From assembly GCF_006345805.1 (NCBI RefSeq), contig NC_043007.1, positions 3,720,001 through 3,784,000 on the forward strand: DNA of 64,000 nt, given 5' to 3'. Positions 39,900 to 53,584 of the stretch are shown one piece after another (position 1 is the first letter of the stretch; the number at the start of each line of letters is the position of its first letter). Origin of the DNA: Octopus sinensis. Lineage: Eukaryota. The notes beneath the pieces were generated by a model, which saw only the letters and a program-made list of their open reading frames with translations, was not told the DNA's origin and did not search any database. The translations under genes were made by a program, and so were the position numbers.

Positions 39900-40192
39900 C
39901 AAAATACAGACTCCATCCTTTTTGATCTCCATGTGTCTAACACACGTGGACATGCCTACAAAGTCAGAAAACAGCACAGCTCCCATGACTTTCGGAAACA
40001 TTTCTTCATGCTCAGAGTTGCTGAAGCATGGAATAAACTGCCTGCGTCAGTTGTTGACTGCCATGACACTGCATCCTTTAAGGCCCTCATGCTTTCCAAA
40101 ATCCGTCAAAACTACACCTGATTATATATGCACTTTAGATGAGTTGTAGTGCACCTGAGCACTGTACACAATGTTTATTATTATTATTATTA
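39900..40192 (+). mobile_element. CR1/L2 LINE extreme 3' end with (ATT)n tail
   Basis: NTRGHAYKVRKQH...RKHFFMLRVAEAWNKLPASVV...SFK, the CR1/L2 C-terminal pattern. Confidence 0.8.
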
Positions 40193-40954
40193 TAAGTGAT
40201 AATAATATAGAGCTTATTATAAACAGTGCTCGAGTCTACTACAACTTGTTAGAAAATGGTAGAATAGGGAACAGGAAACAGTGTCAAGTCATGTAAAAAG
40301 AACAGAAAGCATCGGTAACCAAAAGTGCAGGGTAAACACACAAAAAAGACTGAAAAGTGAACAGTAAAAGTGCCATATGGAGATAAGGGTGCATACCTCC
40401 ACCCCTATCACTTTCCTGTTTTTGAATATATAACATTAAGAATTATATGTAAGAACAACTATATGCCTTAAAGAGGAAGATGTGTAAAGACACCCATTCC
40501 TCATTATGGTATATAGAATATGGCAGATCAGTACAATCATTAATGTATTGGATAAAATACCTTGTGGTATTTTGTTAAGAACTCTTAGTTCTGAATTTGA
40601 ATTCCATCAAGGTCAGTTTTGTTTTTCTTCCTTCAAGAGGTCATAAAATAAAGCAACATTCAAGAAGTGAAGAACTGAAGTCAGCATAATTTAATGATGC
40701 CAATGTCTGCTGGTTTTGTCAGTGAAGAAATGGTGGCTGAGAATCTTAAGTAAATCATTTTGATGGTAATTGAGTTTTAATGAGTGGGTGCGGGTGGTGG
40801 GAGGACCCCTAACTACCAGAGTGTTCCTGAGAGAAAGAGTAAGAACTCTTTTCTGGGAATTATTTACATTTGGAAGACATAATAGCAGGACAATGCCACA
40901 TTAAAATCCTGTAACTAATGGGTAATGATGATAATAATAATAATAATAATAATA

Positions 40955-41001
<47 letters not shown>

Positions 41002-41063
41002 CTATTTACTACCCACAAGGGGCTAAACACAGAGAGGACAAACAAGGACAAACGGATTAAGTC

Positions 41064-41108
<45 letters not shown>

Positions 41109-41279
41109 CAGAAGAAGAAGAAGAAGAAGAAGAAGAAGAAGAATTGCCAAGCGATTTGAACTTATGATCAAGTGGTTACCAATTAATGACTAAAGTAAAA
41201 TCTGGAATCTGAGGAATGGTAATTTGTCTAAAAAGCCATTTTGCAGCTATGATGCCATCCATATTAAAACCATTTAAAG

Positions 41280-41311
<32 letters not shown>

Positions 41312-41771
41312 ACACTCCTCTCCCCCTCTCTTTCTTTCTCTCTTTGTTTATTTTTCTATTTCTATCTTTCTCTGTCCCTCCATCTGTCTTTTTCTATCAG
41401 TTTTTCACTCTTTCTCTCTGTCTATACCCTCCCTCTCTCCTTCTCTCTCTCTCTTTCTCTCTCTCTCCTTCTCTCTCTCTCTTTCTCCCTGTCTATCCCT
41501 TCTCTCTCTTTCTCCCTGTCTATCCCCTCTCTCCCTCTCTTTCTCTGACACAAACACACAACAGAATCAACAACAACAAAAACAACAGCAACAACTGAAC
41601 CTAGAAATAGCAGCCCAGTCTCCCCCAATTCACACACTAACCAGCTCAAAAAAAGCAGGACACTTTGAATAACGCAGTTCCAGGCTCATTCACTCTGCCT
41701 AAGAAACAAAGATATGATGATCATATAGGTCTGCTCATTAAGGGATGACCAGGTGTTAAACAACAACAGCA

Positions 41772-42155
41772 GTGGAGCCGCAATGGCCCAGTGGTTAGGG
41801 CAGCGGACTCACGGTCGGAGGATCGCGGTTTCGATTCCCAGACCGGGCATTGCGTGTGTTTATTGAGCAAAAACACCTAAAGTTCCACGAGGCTCCGGCA
41901 GGGGGTGGTGGCGACCCCTGTTGTACTCTTTCGCTCCAACTTTCTCTCACTCTTTCTTCCTGTTTCTTGTCCCCAACTTCCTACGTAACCGCTGAGCCTG
42001 GATGCGCATTCATCCATCCGTTGATACTCTCGGTGTCGGGGGTTGACCTGCTTTCTCTTCTGTGGGTCTTACGAATAGCAAAGCACCACGTTTCGGACTT
42101 CTCCCACTACATCTGGGACAAAGAGTGCTTTGCTCAACAAACAAACAAACAAACA
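41772..42155 (+). mobile_element. tRNA-headed SINE family F with (CAAA)n tail
   Basis: A-box TGGCCCAGTGG, B-box GGTTTCGATTCC, CpG-rich body, tail caacaaacaaacaaac. Confidence 0.75.
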
Positions 42156-42571
42156 GCAACAACAGTGGTAATAAGTTAAAGACTGAGCCAACAAGGGAAC
42201 CTCCAGATCAGGGGTTTTCAACCAAGGTCCTTGTTGTCCTTTGGGGGTTCACAAAAAGATTTTGCTGTTTAAATTTAAGTACAATAAACTCATTATACTC
42301 TTACAATACACAAAACGTTTCAACAATTTTTGTTTTATACAATTCCTAATAATATAAAAATTATAGATATACAATGGGAATTCTTTAAACATTGAATGCT
42401 TATGGGTTTCCATTGGAGAAATCAAAGGGGTCTACATTATCACTGACCAGCAAGAAATAGCAGTCAAATCTTATTTAGATTATACTTACCGTTTTAACCC
42501 TTTTGAGACTAACCCATATGAAACCACCCCTGATTCTATGACACAAACTCCTAGTTTTCAACGATCTAGAT

Positions 42572-43246
42572 CATAGGTTCTCAAAGTGGGTGCTACTGCC
42601 CCCTACCACCAGTGGGCGTTGAGTGGATCCAGGTGGGTGTTGGTGTCTAAGGGGTGGTGCATGGGGTAGAGAAAAAGGAGGCTTTGGGGGGAAGGCAGTG
42701 GATTGGGGGATGCTATGAATTTATTATAATATTAATATTGTATTGTGTACAAATTATATAGGAGCACTCCGTTGGTTATGATGATGAGAGTCCCAGCTGA
42801 TCCAATCAATGGAACAGCTTGCTCGTGAAATTAATGTGCGAGTGGCCGAGCACTCCACAGACACGTGTACCCTTAACGTAGTTCTCTGGGGAGATACAGC
42901 GTGACACAGGATGTGACAAGGCTGACCCTTTGAAATACAGGTACTACTCATTCTTGCCAGCTGAGTGGACTGGAGCAACATGAAAAATAAAGTGTCTTGC
43001 TCAAGGACACAACGTGTCACCAGGAATCGAACTCACAACCTTACAATCGTGAGCTGAATGCCCTAACCACTAAGCCACACGCCTTCACAAATTATATATT
43101 ATTCTATTAAATATCAAATGATTCATGGTATATATAAATTAGTAAAATATAAAATATTTATTTATACATAAAAATAGGGGTGGGGATGCTGAGGGTATTA
43201 TGTGGCCATGAGGGGGTCAGTGGCCCCAAAAGTTTGAGAACCTCTG
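42572..43246. mobile_element. hAT (Charlie-type) MITE
   Basis: TIRs CA(T/G)AGGTTCTCAAA; exact 8-bp TSD ATCTAGAT at 42564-42571 and 43247-43254. Confidence 0.88.
42761..43088 (-). mobile_element. tRNA-headed CORE-like SINE family G
   Basis: Head GGCGTGTGGCTTAGTGGTTAGG...GAGTTCGATTCC, then TGTGTCCTTGAGCAAGACAC; ACAAATTATATA at 42749-42760 and 43087-43098. A related copy lies at about 57640-57897. Confidence 0.85.
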
Positions 43247-43699
43247 ATCTAGATGAAAATTTTCCTCCAAAATTCCATATTAATTTATGTCCCAAACACA
43301 GACTCAATAATGAATGACAATGGTATTTTACCAAAATTCTTCATTGTTTTAAAAATAAATTGAAACAAAAGCAGAGCGCTTCAATAGGAGGAATTTGGTA
43401 ATGAAAGGGTTAAACAATGCAGTGCAATATATTTCCTAGGATGAAATGCATTCTATCTATGGCGGGATGGTCATGGCTAGATTGCATTCCATCCTAGGTC
43501 TGCTCTGATCTGGAGCTGCACAACAACCACAGCAATGATGACATCAATAATAAATCGATAGCAACAAAGAAAAATTTGGAAAAAAAAAATATATTACAAC
43601 ACAAACAACATCAACAAATCAACAAAAACAAAAAAAACACACACAACAACAACAGAACAGAGCATGAATCCTCAACTTTTCTAATTTTAAGAGTCATAG

Positions 43700-44242
43700 T
43701 ACACACACACACACACACACACATACACACATACATACATACATACATACACACATACATACATACATACATACATACATACACACATACATACATACAT
43801 ACACATACATACTACATACACATACATACATACATACATACATACATACCCACATACATACATACATACATACATACACACTACATACATACATACATAC
43901 ATACATACATACATACATACATACATACATACATACATACATACCCACATACATACATACATACATACATACATACCCACATACATACATACATACATAC
44001 ATACATACATACATACATACATACATACATACATACATACATACATACATACACACATACATACATACATACATACATACATACATACACACATACCTAC
44101 ATACATACATACATACATACACACATACATACATACATACATACATACATACACACATACATACATACATACATACATACATACACACATACATACATAC
44201 ATACATACATACATACATACATACATACATACATACATACAC

Positions 44243-44277
<35 letters not shown>

Positions 44278-44282
44278 TATAA
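43700..44282. repeat. (TACA)n microsatellite array, about 580 bp
   Basis: Near-continuous ACAT units with ACAC/ACCC variants. Confidence 0.95.
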
Positions 44283-45287
44283 ATAATATTTATTTATTTA
44301 TTTATTGCTGGTTTTAGACAAAAGGAAAGTGGTGGGGGTCAGCATCACCTATTCTTCTTAGGATTTCTGTCATGGGTGAAAGGACTGGAGACCTGGTCTT
44401 CAATGCTTGCAAAAGAGTGGATTTCCCTGAAGACACCTAAAGACCCAGTTCTTATAACCGATTGGGACGAACAGATAAATTTGGTGTTGTTGTTGTTGTT
44501 GTTGTTGTAACTCTAGTTTTTAGCAAACATCTTTCTATTTTGTAGTTGTTGCTTTTCATTCCACCAGGAATTGACAGAATAAAATACCAGTCATATATTG
44601 GTATCTATATAACCAACTGTTTCCCTTTCTTCATATTTCAGTTCTTATGTTAGAAGCAATTATTTTTTTGTTGCCATTTCTCTTTTATTTTTGTTGTTAT
44701 TTTTTCTTGTTTGTTTTTTGTTTTATTTTGTTTTTCTCATTAGGACAATAGATTTTTCCTTTATTAGTTATCATTGTAGTATTTATTCCAATTCTTCACG
44801 TTCTGAGTTCTAATACTGCTACATTCAACTTTTCCTTTCATCCTTCCAGGTCAGACAATAAAGTACAGGGGTCAACAAATATAGTAAACCCTCCCACATA
44901 ATATCTGTCCTTTTAACGATGTAATCAGATACAACATCAACCTGAAGCTCATTCCCATAAAAATAATTACTAGTAAAATACCGAAAAGAAGACTAATTAA
45001 TTGACTGTAGCTTTCCTAAAAATTTCTGGCCGTAGCTCAATGGTAGAATTTTTTTGTTTTAAGTAAATAATTTGTGAAGCAGCAGAAAAAAAGAAAGAAT
45101 GAAAACAAAGGGAAAGAGAAGAGAAAAACAAAGAGAAGAAATTGGTTTGTAAGGTTTACTTACCAGATTTTGAACCCCAATGAAACTTGATGTTGACTTT
45201 TTTCTTAATAAATCCCAGCGACATTTTGGCAGGTAGAAATGATAACTTATAAAGGAAGGTTAATTAAAATGACAGACTGGCAGAGAA

Positions 45288-45810
<523 letters not shown>

Positions 45811-47274
45811 AAACACTGAAATCGAGCGAGAGAAAAGGAAGAAATCAACAGTGGATGTGTAGTGAGTCCAGAGGATTAGAAATAGCTGGTAAGAATCAAA
45901 AACAAGATGGTGTGGAAAAATGAAAATAATTGATAAGACTGGTTTTTGTTTTGATTCTATTTTTTTGTCTTTTTTTTGTTTTTTTAAATAAATGAATTCA
46001 TGTTGTTAATGATAGAAGATGAATATTTGATGAACAAATTATGCCTGTTAGTCCCCTTTTGTTTTGTTCTTGCTCTTTTTGTTTTTCTTTTGAAACGGTG
46101 AGTGCACCGTGGTTTGTGTACACTTGGTCAAGTTAGATGTGCTTTGCATTTGCAGGTTAAGTTTCTGTATCGCTTTGGAGTAAAAACGAAAGCGGGGGAG
46201 AGGGAGGAGGAGGAGGAGGAGGAGGAGGAGGAGAGGGGGAAGAGAGAGAGAGAGAGAGAGCGAGTAGAGGAAAAGACAGGGAGAAGGAAGAGGAAAGGAG
46301 AGATAAAGTAGAACAGATTTGTGTCCGTGTGTTTATGTGTGTATGCATGTGTGTGTGAGTGTGTGTGCATGTGTGAGTGTGTGTGTATGTATATATAGCA
46401 TGGCAAGTGGACATTAAATGATGATGATTATGATGATATATATATTTATACACACACACGCAGATATATATATACACATGCACTTACACATACACACATA
46501 TATACACATGTATGTATAAATATGGGTGTGTGCAGGTGGAGGTGTCACAAGAGGCGATGATGATGATGATGATGATATATATATATTTATACACATACAC
46601 ACACACACACACACACGTAGATATATATACACATGCACTCACACACACATACACATATATATGCACATATACGTATGAATATGGGTGTGTGCAGGTGGGG
46701 GGGGTCACAAGAGGCAGACAGACAGACAGACAGACAGACAGATTGTGAGAGAAAGGGAAAGGGAATGCATGGAGATGTGCACCAGGATCAATATGCATCA
46801 GTCTGTGCATCATTTGTTATGCAGAATCCAAGGACTTCATTCTGTTGTGGTGGTGGTGGTGGTGGTGGTGGTGGTGATGACGGGTGGGGGGGTGCATGTA
46901 ACATTATCTTCGTCCTTGTCTATGTTGAGTTGACACAATGTATATGTAATATACACTCGGGCAATTGTAATGCATACACACATACACACATACATACATA
47001 CATACACACATACACATACACGCACACATAATACATGTTCATATATACATAAATACATATATGTATGAGTGTGTATATATATATATATATATTGTCTGTG
47101 TGTGTGCATGTGTGTATATATACATATGTACATATATAAAACACTCAATTCATGTATATATGTTTATATTTATATAATATATATATAGGGAGAATTCACA
47201 AAAAAACAAAGGACGAAGACAGGTGGTGTAGACAAGAATAGATGTATTAGGTTAACACTCAGGAAGTGAAAAAG

Positions 47275-47312
47275 TCTTTAACGTTTCGAGCCTACGCTCT
47301 TCTACAGAAAGA
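47275..47312 (-). ncRNA. Minimal type-I hammerhead-like motif with a core substitution, in a Penelope-like remnant
   Basis: UCUUU-CUGUAGA-A-GAGC GUAG GCUC-GAAA-C GUU-AAAGA; stems I and II pair perfectly; conserved A6 is U. Confidence 0.5.
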
Positions 47313-47614
47313 AATAAGGAGAGAAAATAAAGAATATGTAGTGGATATATATGTATTTGCATATATATGTATATATATGTATACACATTATATTATATAT
47401 TTATCATTCATTTTATACTTTTTGAGATCTAGTTATAAGTTATATATTTATAAAAAAAAAATTTATATATTTATATTGGTTATTTATGAATTGGTTTGTG
47501 TCTATCACTGTTTGAGTTGCATAATAGTGGTTTTATCTCTAATTTACATTTTATATTATGTATGTATGTATGTATGTATGTATATGTGTATGTATAGGTG
47601 ATGTATAACTATAC

Positions 47615-47679
<65 letters not shown>

Positions 47680-47807
47680 GTTTTACCTATTTCAAAACCT
47701 TTTTTTGTATTGATTGCATTTGCTATAGTTTCTAAAGAAAAAAGTTTATCTGATTATGTGTGTTTGTGTGCGTGAATGGATATGTGTATATGCGTGTGTG
47801 TGTGCGT

Positions 47808-47840
<33 letters not shown>

Positions 47841-48907
47841 GCATGAGTGTATGTGAGTTTGTGTGAGTGTGTCTGTACACGTGTTGTCATTTGCCTCTCG
47901 GTACAACAGACTGGTCTGGTTAGCTTACTGGTGAGATGGTTCATTCATTGTTCATCATTTATTCGTTAAGTTAAATTAGTTAACTAATTGCTTGGATGGT
48001 TAGCAGACCAGTGGTTCTAGTTTTCTTTTGTTTTGTTTTTTTTTATTTTTTTATTTTTACACGAATTAATTTTGTCTTTTTCCTAATTTCCTTCTTTCGT
48101 TCCTCTCGTTTCTCTTTTTGTTCTTCTTCTTCGTTAATATGAGAATCTTAAACGAGTCGCTTTCCACAATTAATTGCCATGCTTGCTTCTTCTTTTTGTT
48201 TGTTTTTCTTTTACCTTTTTTTCTTCTTTTTAGTTATCTTTTTTTTTCTTATTTGCTTCTTTTTGCTTGACATCCTAAGGATTAACTTCCTTCTGTGGTT
48301 ATTATGCTGACATGCACACTTGTATCTGTGTGTGTGTGTGTGTGTATGTATGTGTGTGTACGTATGTATGTATGTGTGTATGTATGTATTTATGTATGTA
48401 TATGTGTGTGTATGTATGTATGTGTATGTATGTATGTGTGTAAGTGTGTGTATGTATGTATGTATGTGTGTATGTGTATATGTATGTATGTATGTGCATG
48501 TATGTATGCATGTAAGTGTGTATGTATGTATGTATGTATGTATGTATGCATGTATGTATGTATGTATGTATGTATGTATATGTCCATATATTTATATACA
48601 TATGTACATGCAATAGAAATTTATATATTTTTGAAATATATGTGTGTTTATGTGTGTGTATATATATATAAATATGTATCATCATCATTGTTTAACATCC
48701 ACTTTCCTTGCTGATACATACATACATACATACATACATACGTACATACATACATACATACATACATACATGCATATATATACAAAGTAAGATAGGGGTT
48801 ATGTATGTAACTCCCATTTGTATAATTAATAAATAATGTGAAATTGTAATATCCGTAAGTTGATGAACGAAATGAATTTGTTTCTCCATCTTCTTATTTG
48901 TATTATG

Positions 48908-48939
<32 letters not shown>

Positions 48940-48949
48940 TATATATATA

Positions 48950-49325
48950 TGTGGTAAGTAGCTTGTTTACCAACCACATGGTTCCGGGTTCAGTCCCACT
49001 GCGTGGCACCTTGGGCAAGTGTCTTCTACTATAGCCTCAGGCCGAACAAAGCCTTGTGAGTGGATTTGGTAGACGGAAACTGAAAGAAGCCTGTCGTATA
49101 TATATATATATATATATGTATGTGTATGTGTCTGTGTTTGTCCCCCTAGCATTGCTTGACAACCGATGCTGGTGTGTTTATGTCCCCGTTACTTAGCGGT
49201 TTGGCAAAAGAGACCGATAGAATAAGTACTGGGCTTACAAAGAATAAATCCTGGGGTCGAGTTGCTCGATTAAAAGCGGTGCTCCAGCATGGCCGCAGTC
49301 AAATGACTGAAACAAGTAAAAGAGT
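48950..49325 (+). mobile_element. SINE family B
   Basis: Near full-length match to the other copies. Confidence 0.88.
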
Positions 49326-49383
49326 ATATATATACACACACACACACACATATATATTACACACACACACATATATATACATA

Positions 49384-49605
49384 CAGTAATCTCTTGACTA
49401 TCGCAGGTGTTACGTTCCAAATCCTCCCACGCGATAGGTGAAAATCCGCGAAGTAGAAACAGTACTCTACTGTATAATTTTTAAAATTACTTTTATAATT
49501 TGTATATATTTGTTTTATCATGAATGCAAAACATCACGGAACGATTGACATATGCTTAAATAATAAACCGCGATAAGTGAACCGCGATATGGCGAGGGAT
49601 TACTC
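49384..49605. mobile_element. Tigger/pogo-type MITE
   Basis: TA plus CAGTAATCTCTTGACTATCGC at the left; CGCGATATGGCGAGGGATTACT at the right (imperfect TIR). Confidence 0.7.
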
Positions 49606-49775
49606 TGTGTGTGTGTGTATATATATGTATGTATATGTATATATACATAGTTATGTATACAAATATATATGTGTGTGTGTGTGTGTGTTTGTAATTATAT
49701 CATAGCTAGCCTGGTATTTCATGACGCTTTAAACTACGTAAATATTTAAGAGGTAATGTATTAAATGACATGCAA

Positions 49776-49830
<55 letters not shown>

Positions 49831-49832
<2 letters not shown>

Positions 49833-50304
49833 TGAGAAAGCAACCATACTCTGGATATATGCCGAACACCACAATAGAGAAATTAAGGCCAACAGACCAG
49901 ATATAGTTGTCAGAGATCATGAAGAAAAAAATGCTTTCTAATTGATGTATCAATACCGGCAGATGACAACGTGTCTCTAAAAGAAATGGAGAAAACTCTC
50001 AAAATACAAAGACCTGGAAATAGAGGTAACTAGAATGTGGATCTGAAAACAGAAACAATTCCTATCATAGTAGTGTGCATTAGGCATGATAAAAAAATAT
50101 TCAGACAAATAATACAAAAACACAGGACTTACAAACACATATAATATACAGAAAATTGCACTATAGGCACTGCACACATCCTACGCAGAACACTTTCCAT
50201 ACAATAACCATCAGAGCATCACAACAAATCACAGCACATACCCAAGGCACACAGAGCTGTGCTCGGTAGTGAAGTGAAAGCACGCTATAAAAATAAAACT
50301 ACTG
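49831..50304 (+). mobile_element. R4/Dong-type non-LTR retrotransposon 3' end (restriction-like endonuclease domain), frameshifted
   Basis: Reconstructed ..EIKANRPDIVVRD..CFLIDVSIPADDNV..KE.EKLSKYKDLEIEVTRMW..IPII.GALG..IQKIA.GTAHILRRTLS*; flanked on both sides by (AAT)n. Confidence 0.85.
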
Positions 50305-50744
50305 AATAATAATAATAATAATAATAAATAAATAAATAAATGAATAAATAAATCTCAATAAGCTGAAATTTTTTTCTAATTTTGAGAAAAAAAACAAGAG
50401 CCTAGAACTAATTATTAGAAACACCCATAGAAAGAAAGAGATAGTTTCAAAAATTTAATAAAAACTTTAATTATGTTAATTTACATGCTCAGGACAAAAG
50501 AATTCTGATCTTCGTTTGCAGACAAGAGGAAAAAGAAGAACATGTTTCTGCATCATGTAACCTCTTTAGCATAGTAGAGCCTGCAAATATAGGCACAGCT
50601 ATGTTTGTATAGTTAGGTAGCTTACTTTGCTAACACATGATTTTGGGTTCAGTCCCAATGCACTGCACCTTGGGTAATTGTCTTCTACCATAACCTTGGG
50701 CTGACCAATAAATTTGGCAGAGGAAAATTGTCGTGCGTATGTAT

Positions 50745-50982
50745 ACTCTTTACTCTCTTTTTCTATCTTTTACTTGTTTCAGTCATTTGACTGTGGCCAC
50801 GCTGGAGCACCGCCTTTAGTTGAGCAACTCGACCCCGGGACTTATTCTTTGTAAGCCCAGTACTTATTCTATCGGTCTCTTTTGCCGAACCGCTAAGTGA
50901 CGGGGACATAACACACCAGCATCGGTTGTTCAAGCAATGCTAGGGGGACAAACACAGACGCACAAACACACACACACCACCA

Positions 50983-51013
<31 letters not shown>

Positions 51014-51177
51014 CGACAGGCTTCTTTCAGTTTCCGTCTACCCAAATCCACTCACAAGGCTTTGGTCGGCCCGAGGCTATAGTAGAAGACACTTGCCCTA
51101 GGTGCCATGCAGTGGGACTGAACCCGGAACCATGTGGTTGGTAAACAAGCTACTTACCACGCAGCCACTCCTGCGCC
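50745..51177 (-). mobile_element. SINE family B, full length
   Basis: Head GGCGCAGGAGTGGCTGCGTGGTAAG through TAAAAG tail. Confidence 0.9.
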
Positions 51178-51947
51178 TATGTATCTACATGTGTATTTGA
51201 GTGGCTGTGTTTCCCTTCCATCCAACACTTGACAACTGGTGTTGGTTTGTTTACATCCACATAACTTCTAACTTAGTGGTTCAACAAAGAAAAAAATGAA
51301 ATAAGTATCTGGTTTTAAAAAACAAGTCCTGGGGTCAAGCTGTTTGACTGAAACCTTTTAAGGCTGCCGTGCCTCAATATGGTTGCACTCCAATGACAGA
51401 AACAAATAAAAATGAAAAAAAGGATTAAAGGTCAGATTTTTCTCATTAAACATGGAAATTAGATTTACTGTGTGGTTAACAAGTTTGTTACCCAACCATG
51501 GGGTAACAAGTTCAATTTTTTATTATAGCCTTACAGCAACCAAACCCTTGAAAGTGGAAGAAGCCCATCATATACATACATGCATACATACATACATACA
51601 TACATACATACATACAACACATACATACATACATACATACACACATACATACATATAAAAAAATATACCCCTGGATGTTTCATAAGAAATCATAAACAGT
51701 ATCACTCAGTCTGCTATAATGAATCTATAAACACATATAAAACCTCCAAAGGTATATTTTTAACCCCTCTGAAGATATTATGCTTTGGTCATATTAATTT
51801 GATATTTACTCAATATTTAATGAGTATTAATTGAAACAGCAATTAGGGATGAGGATTAATTTGCTCTTCTTAATAAACAATTATTAACTTTCCAATCTCC
51901 ATTTTCTTTTTCTTCTTATATATATATATGTGTGTGTGTAAATATAT

Positions 51948-52310
51948 ATGGTTCCGGGTTCAGTCCCACTGCGTGGCATCTTGGGCAAGTGTCTTCTACT
52001 ATAGCCTCGGGCCGACCAAAGTCTTGTGAGTGGATTTGGTAGACGGAAACTGAAAGAAGCCTGTCGTATATATGTATATATATATATATATACATGTATG
52101 TGTGTGTTTGTGTGTCTGTGTTTGTCCCCCTAGCATTGCTTGACAACTGATGCTGGTGTGTTTACGTCTCCGTCACTTAGCGGTTCGGCAAAAGAGACCA
52201 ATAGAATAAGTACTGGGCTTACAAAAAATAAGTCTCAGGGTCGATTTGCTCGACTAAAGGCGGTGCTCCAGCATGGCCGCAGTCAAATTACTGAAACAAG
52301 TAAAAAAAAA
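51948..52310 (+). mobile_element. SINE family B
   Basis: B-box to tail intact. Confidence 0.88.
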
Positions 52311-52311
52311 A

Positions 52312-52353
<42 letters not shown>

Positions 52354-52533
52354 GTGTATGCATGTATGTATTAATAAATGTATGATTCAGGGATTGAGGT
52401 GTAAGAAGAAAGTTAGTTTCAAGCAATCCATGGTGAATATAAAAACAAACAGCTTTCAGGAACTGTGAATTTTTTTTGTGTGTTTATCAAAGAACATTGA
52501 GCTGAAAAAAGTTCTTTTTATATTCCTCGGTAG

Positions 52534-52654
52534 GCAACCAGGGTTGCCAAGTGTACAAGAAAGAATACAAGAATTACTGGAATGGATTATGGGAAATCTG
52601 GGCTGTATATGTTTCAAGCAAGTGGAATCTCAGCAGTAGTAAAATCCAAGAAAG
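52534..52654 (+). CDS. Possible + strand exon (two frames open)
   Basis: Acceptor ttctttttatattcctcggtag, donor AAG|gtgtat; unique sequence; no partner exons identified. Confidence 0.2.
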
Positions 52655-53467
52655 GTGTATACCACTGGCTACTTTTCAGGCCAAGGATATCTTGATTATG
52701 TGAATGTTTTGTGTGTGTGTGTTTACATGTGTGTTGTACGAAAGTCACAAGTTATGAATAGTGTTATTGCTGATGTTGCTGATGTTGATATTGTTGTTGT
52801 TGTTGTTGAGATTTCTCATGCCAACAAAAACTCTTTTCTTCATACCTTCAAAAGGTGCAGAAGAAGTTTTTTTTTTCTTGAAAACAGGTAAAGATTAGTG
52901 ACAGGAAGAACGTACAAATCTAAAACAATGCCACAATAATATATTCCTCTGACCTATGCTAGCCAAAAGAAAAATTAAAAAAAGCATAAATATTTCGGGA
53001 AACTGTCTCCTTTTCACTTTGAGAGTTGGTAACAACAGTCATTAGATTTTTACTTTCTTTCTCCAACTAAGAGGAAATTTCAAGTGAGACTCTTTTCACC
53101 TTTGTCACTGAGTATCTCACCATTATCTATTTTAATCAATCTATGGCATTGCTCTTTGTGAGTCATTTCTCTTAAGTCTAAATATTCCAACTCCAAGACT
53201 AGAGTTTTAATTCCATTTAGCTATTATTCATCGTTGTGGTGGGCCCATGGTGAGTCACATAAGCTGAAATTGGGATTGGTTTGTGGTCAGGATCCAATCT
53301 GATATCTTTCTCACATCCTCAGCCTGGTGTGGTGTATCCAGTTTCTGAGAGTTCATTCAGATGTTAGTGTGTGAATGTGTGTGCGTGTATTCATCCAACT
53401 CGTTGGTCTGGGGTTCCAGAGAGCTGAGGAGAAGGACATGAATGTCTCAGAAACTCCTCCTTCAAAC

Positions 53468-53517
<50 letters not shown>

Positions 53518-53584
53518 TAATAATAACAACAACAACAACAACAATGATGATGATGATAATAATAATAACAACAATAATAATAAT

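Larger units (their letters stand above)
42498..43409. mobile_element. piggyBac-like MITE interrupted by a hAT MITE
   Basis: TTAA at 42494-42497 and 43410-43413; CCCTTT...ATGAAAGGG ends; about 229 bp after removing the insert. Confidence 0.75.

Noticed and set aside
41772-41850. Possible genuine tRNA gene
   Set aside because: No proper acceptor stem or oligo-T terminator; it continues into a SINE body and a (CAAA)n tail.
43576-44286. 236-aa ORF and antisense ORFs (HTYI/MYVC repeats)
   Set aside because: Translations of a (TACA)n array; the same applies to the YI, CV, LSIY and poly-V/T ORFs throughout the track.
45028-45047. GGCCGTAGCTCAATGGTAGA, a tRNA 5'-half look-alike
   Set aside because: No anticodon arm, T-arm or B-box follows; not a tRNA gene.
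52534-52549. GGCAAC-CAGG-GTTGCC palindrome as an X-box
   Set aside because: The half-sites are in the reverse arrangement to an RFX X-box.
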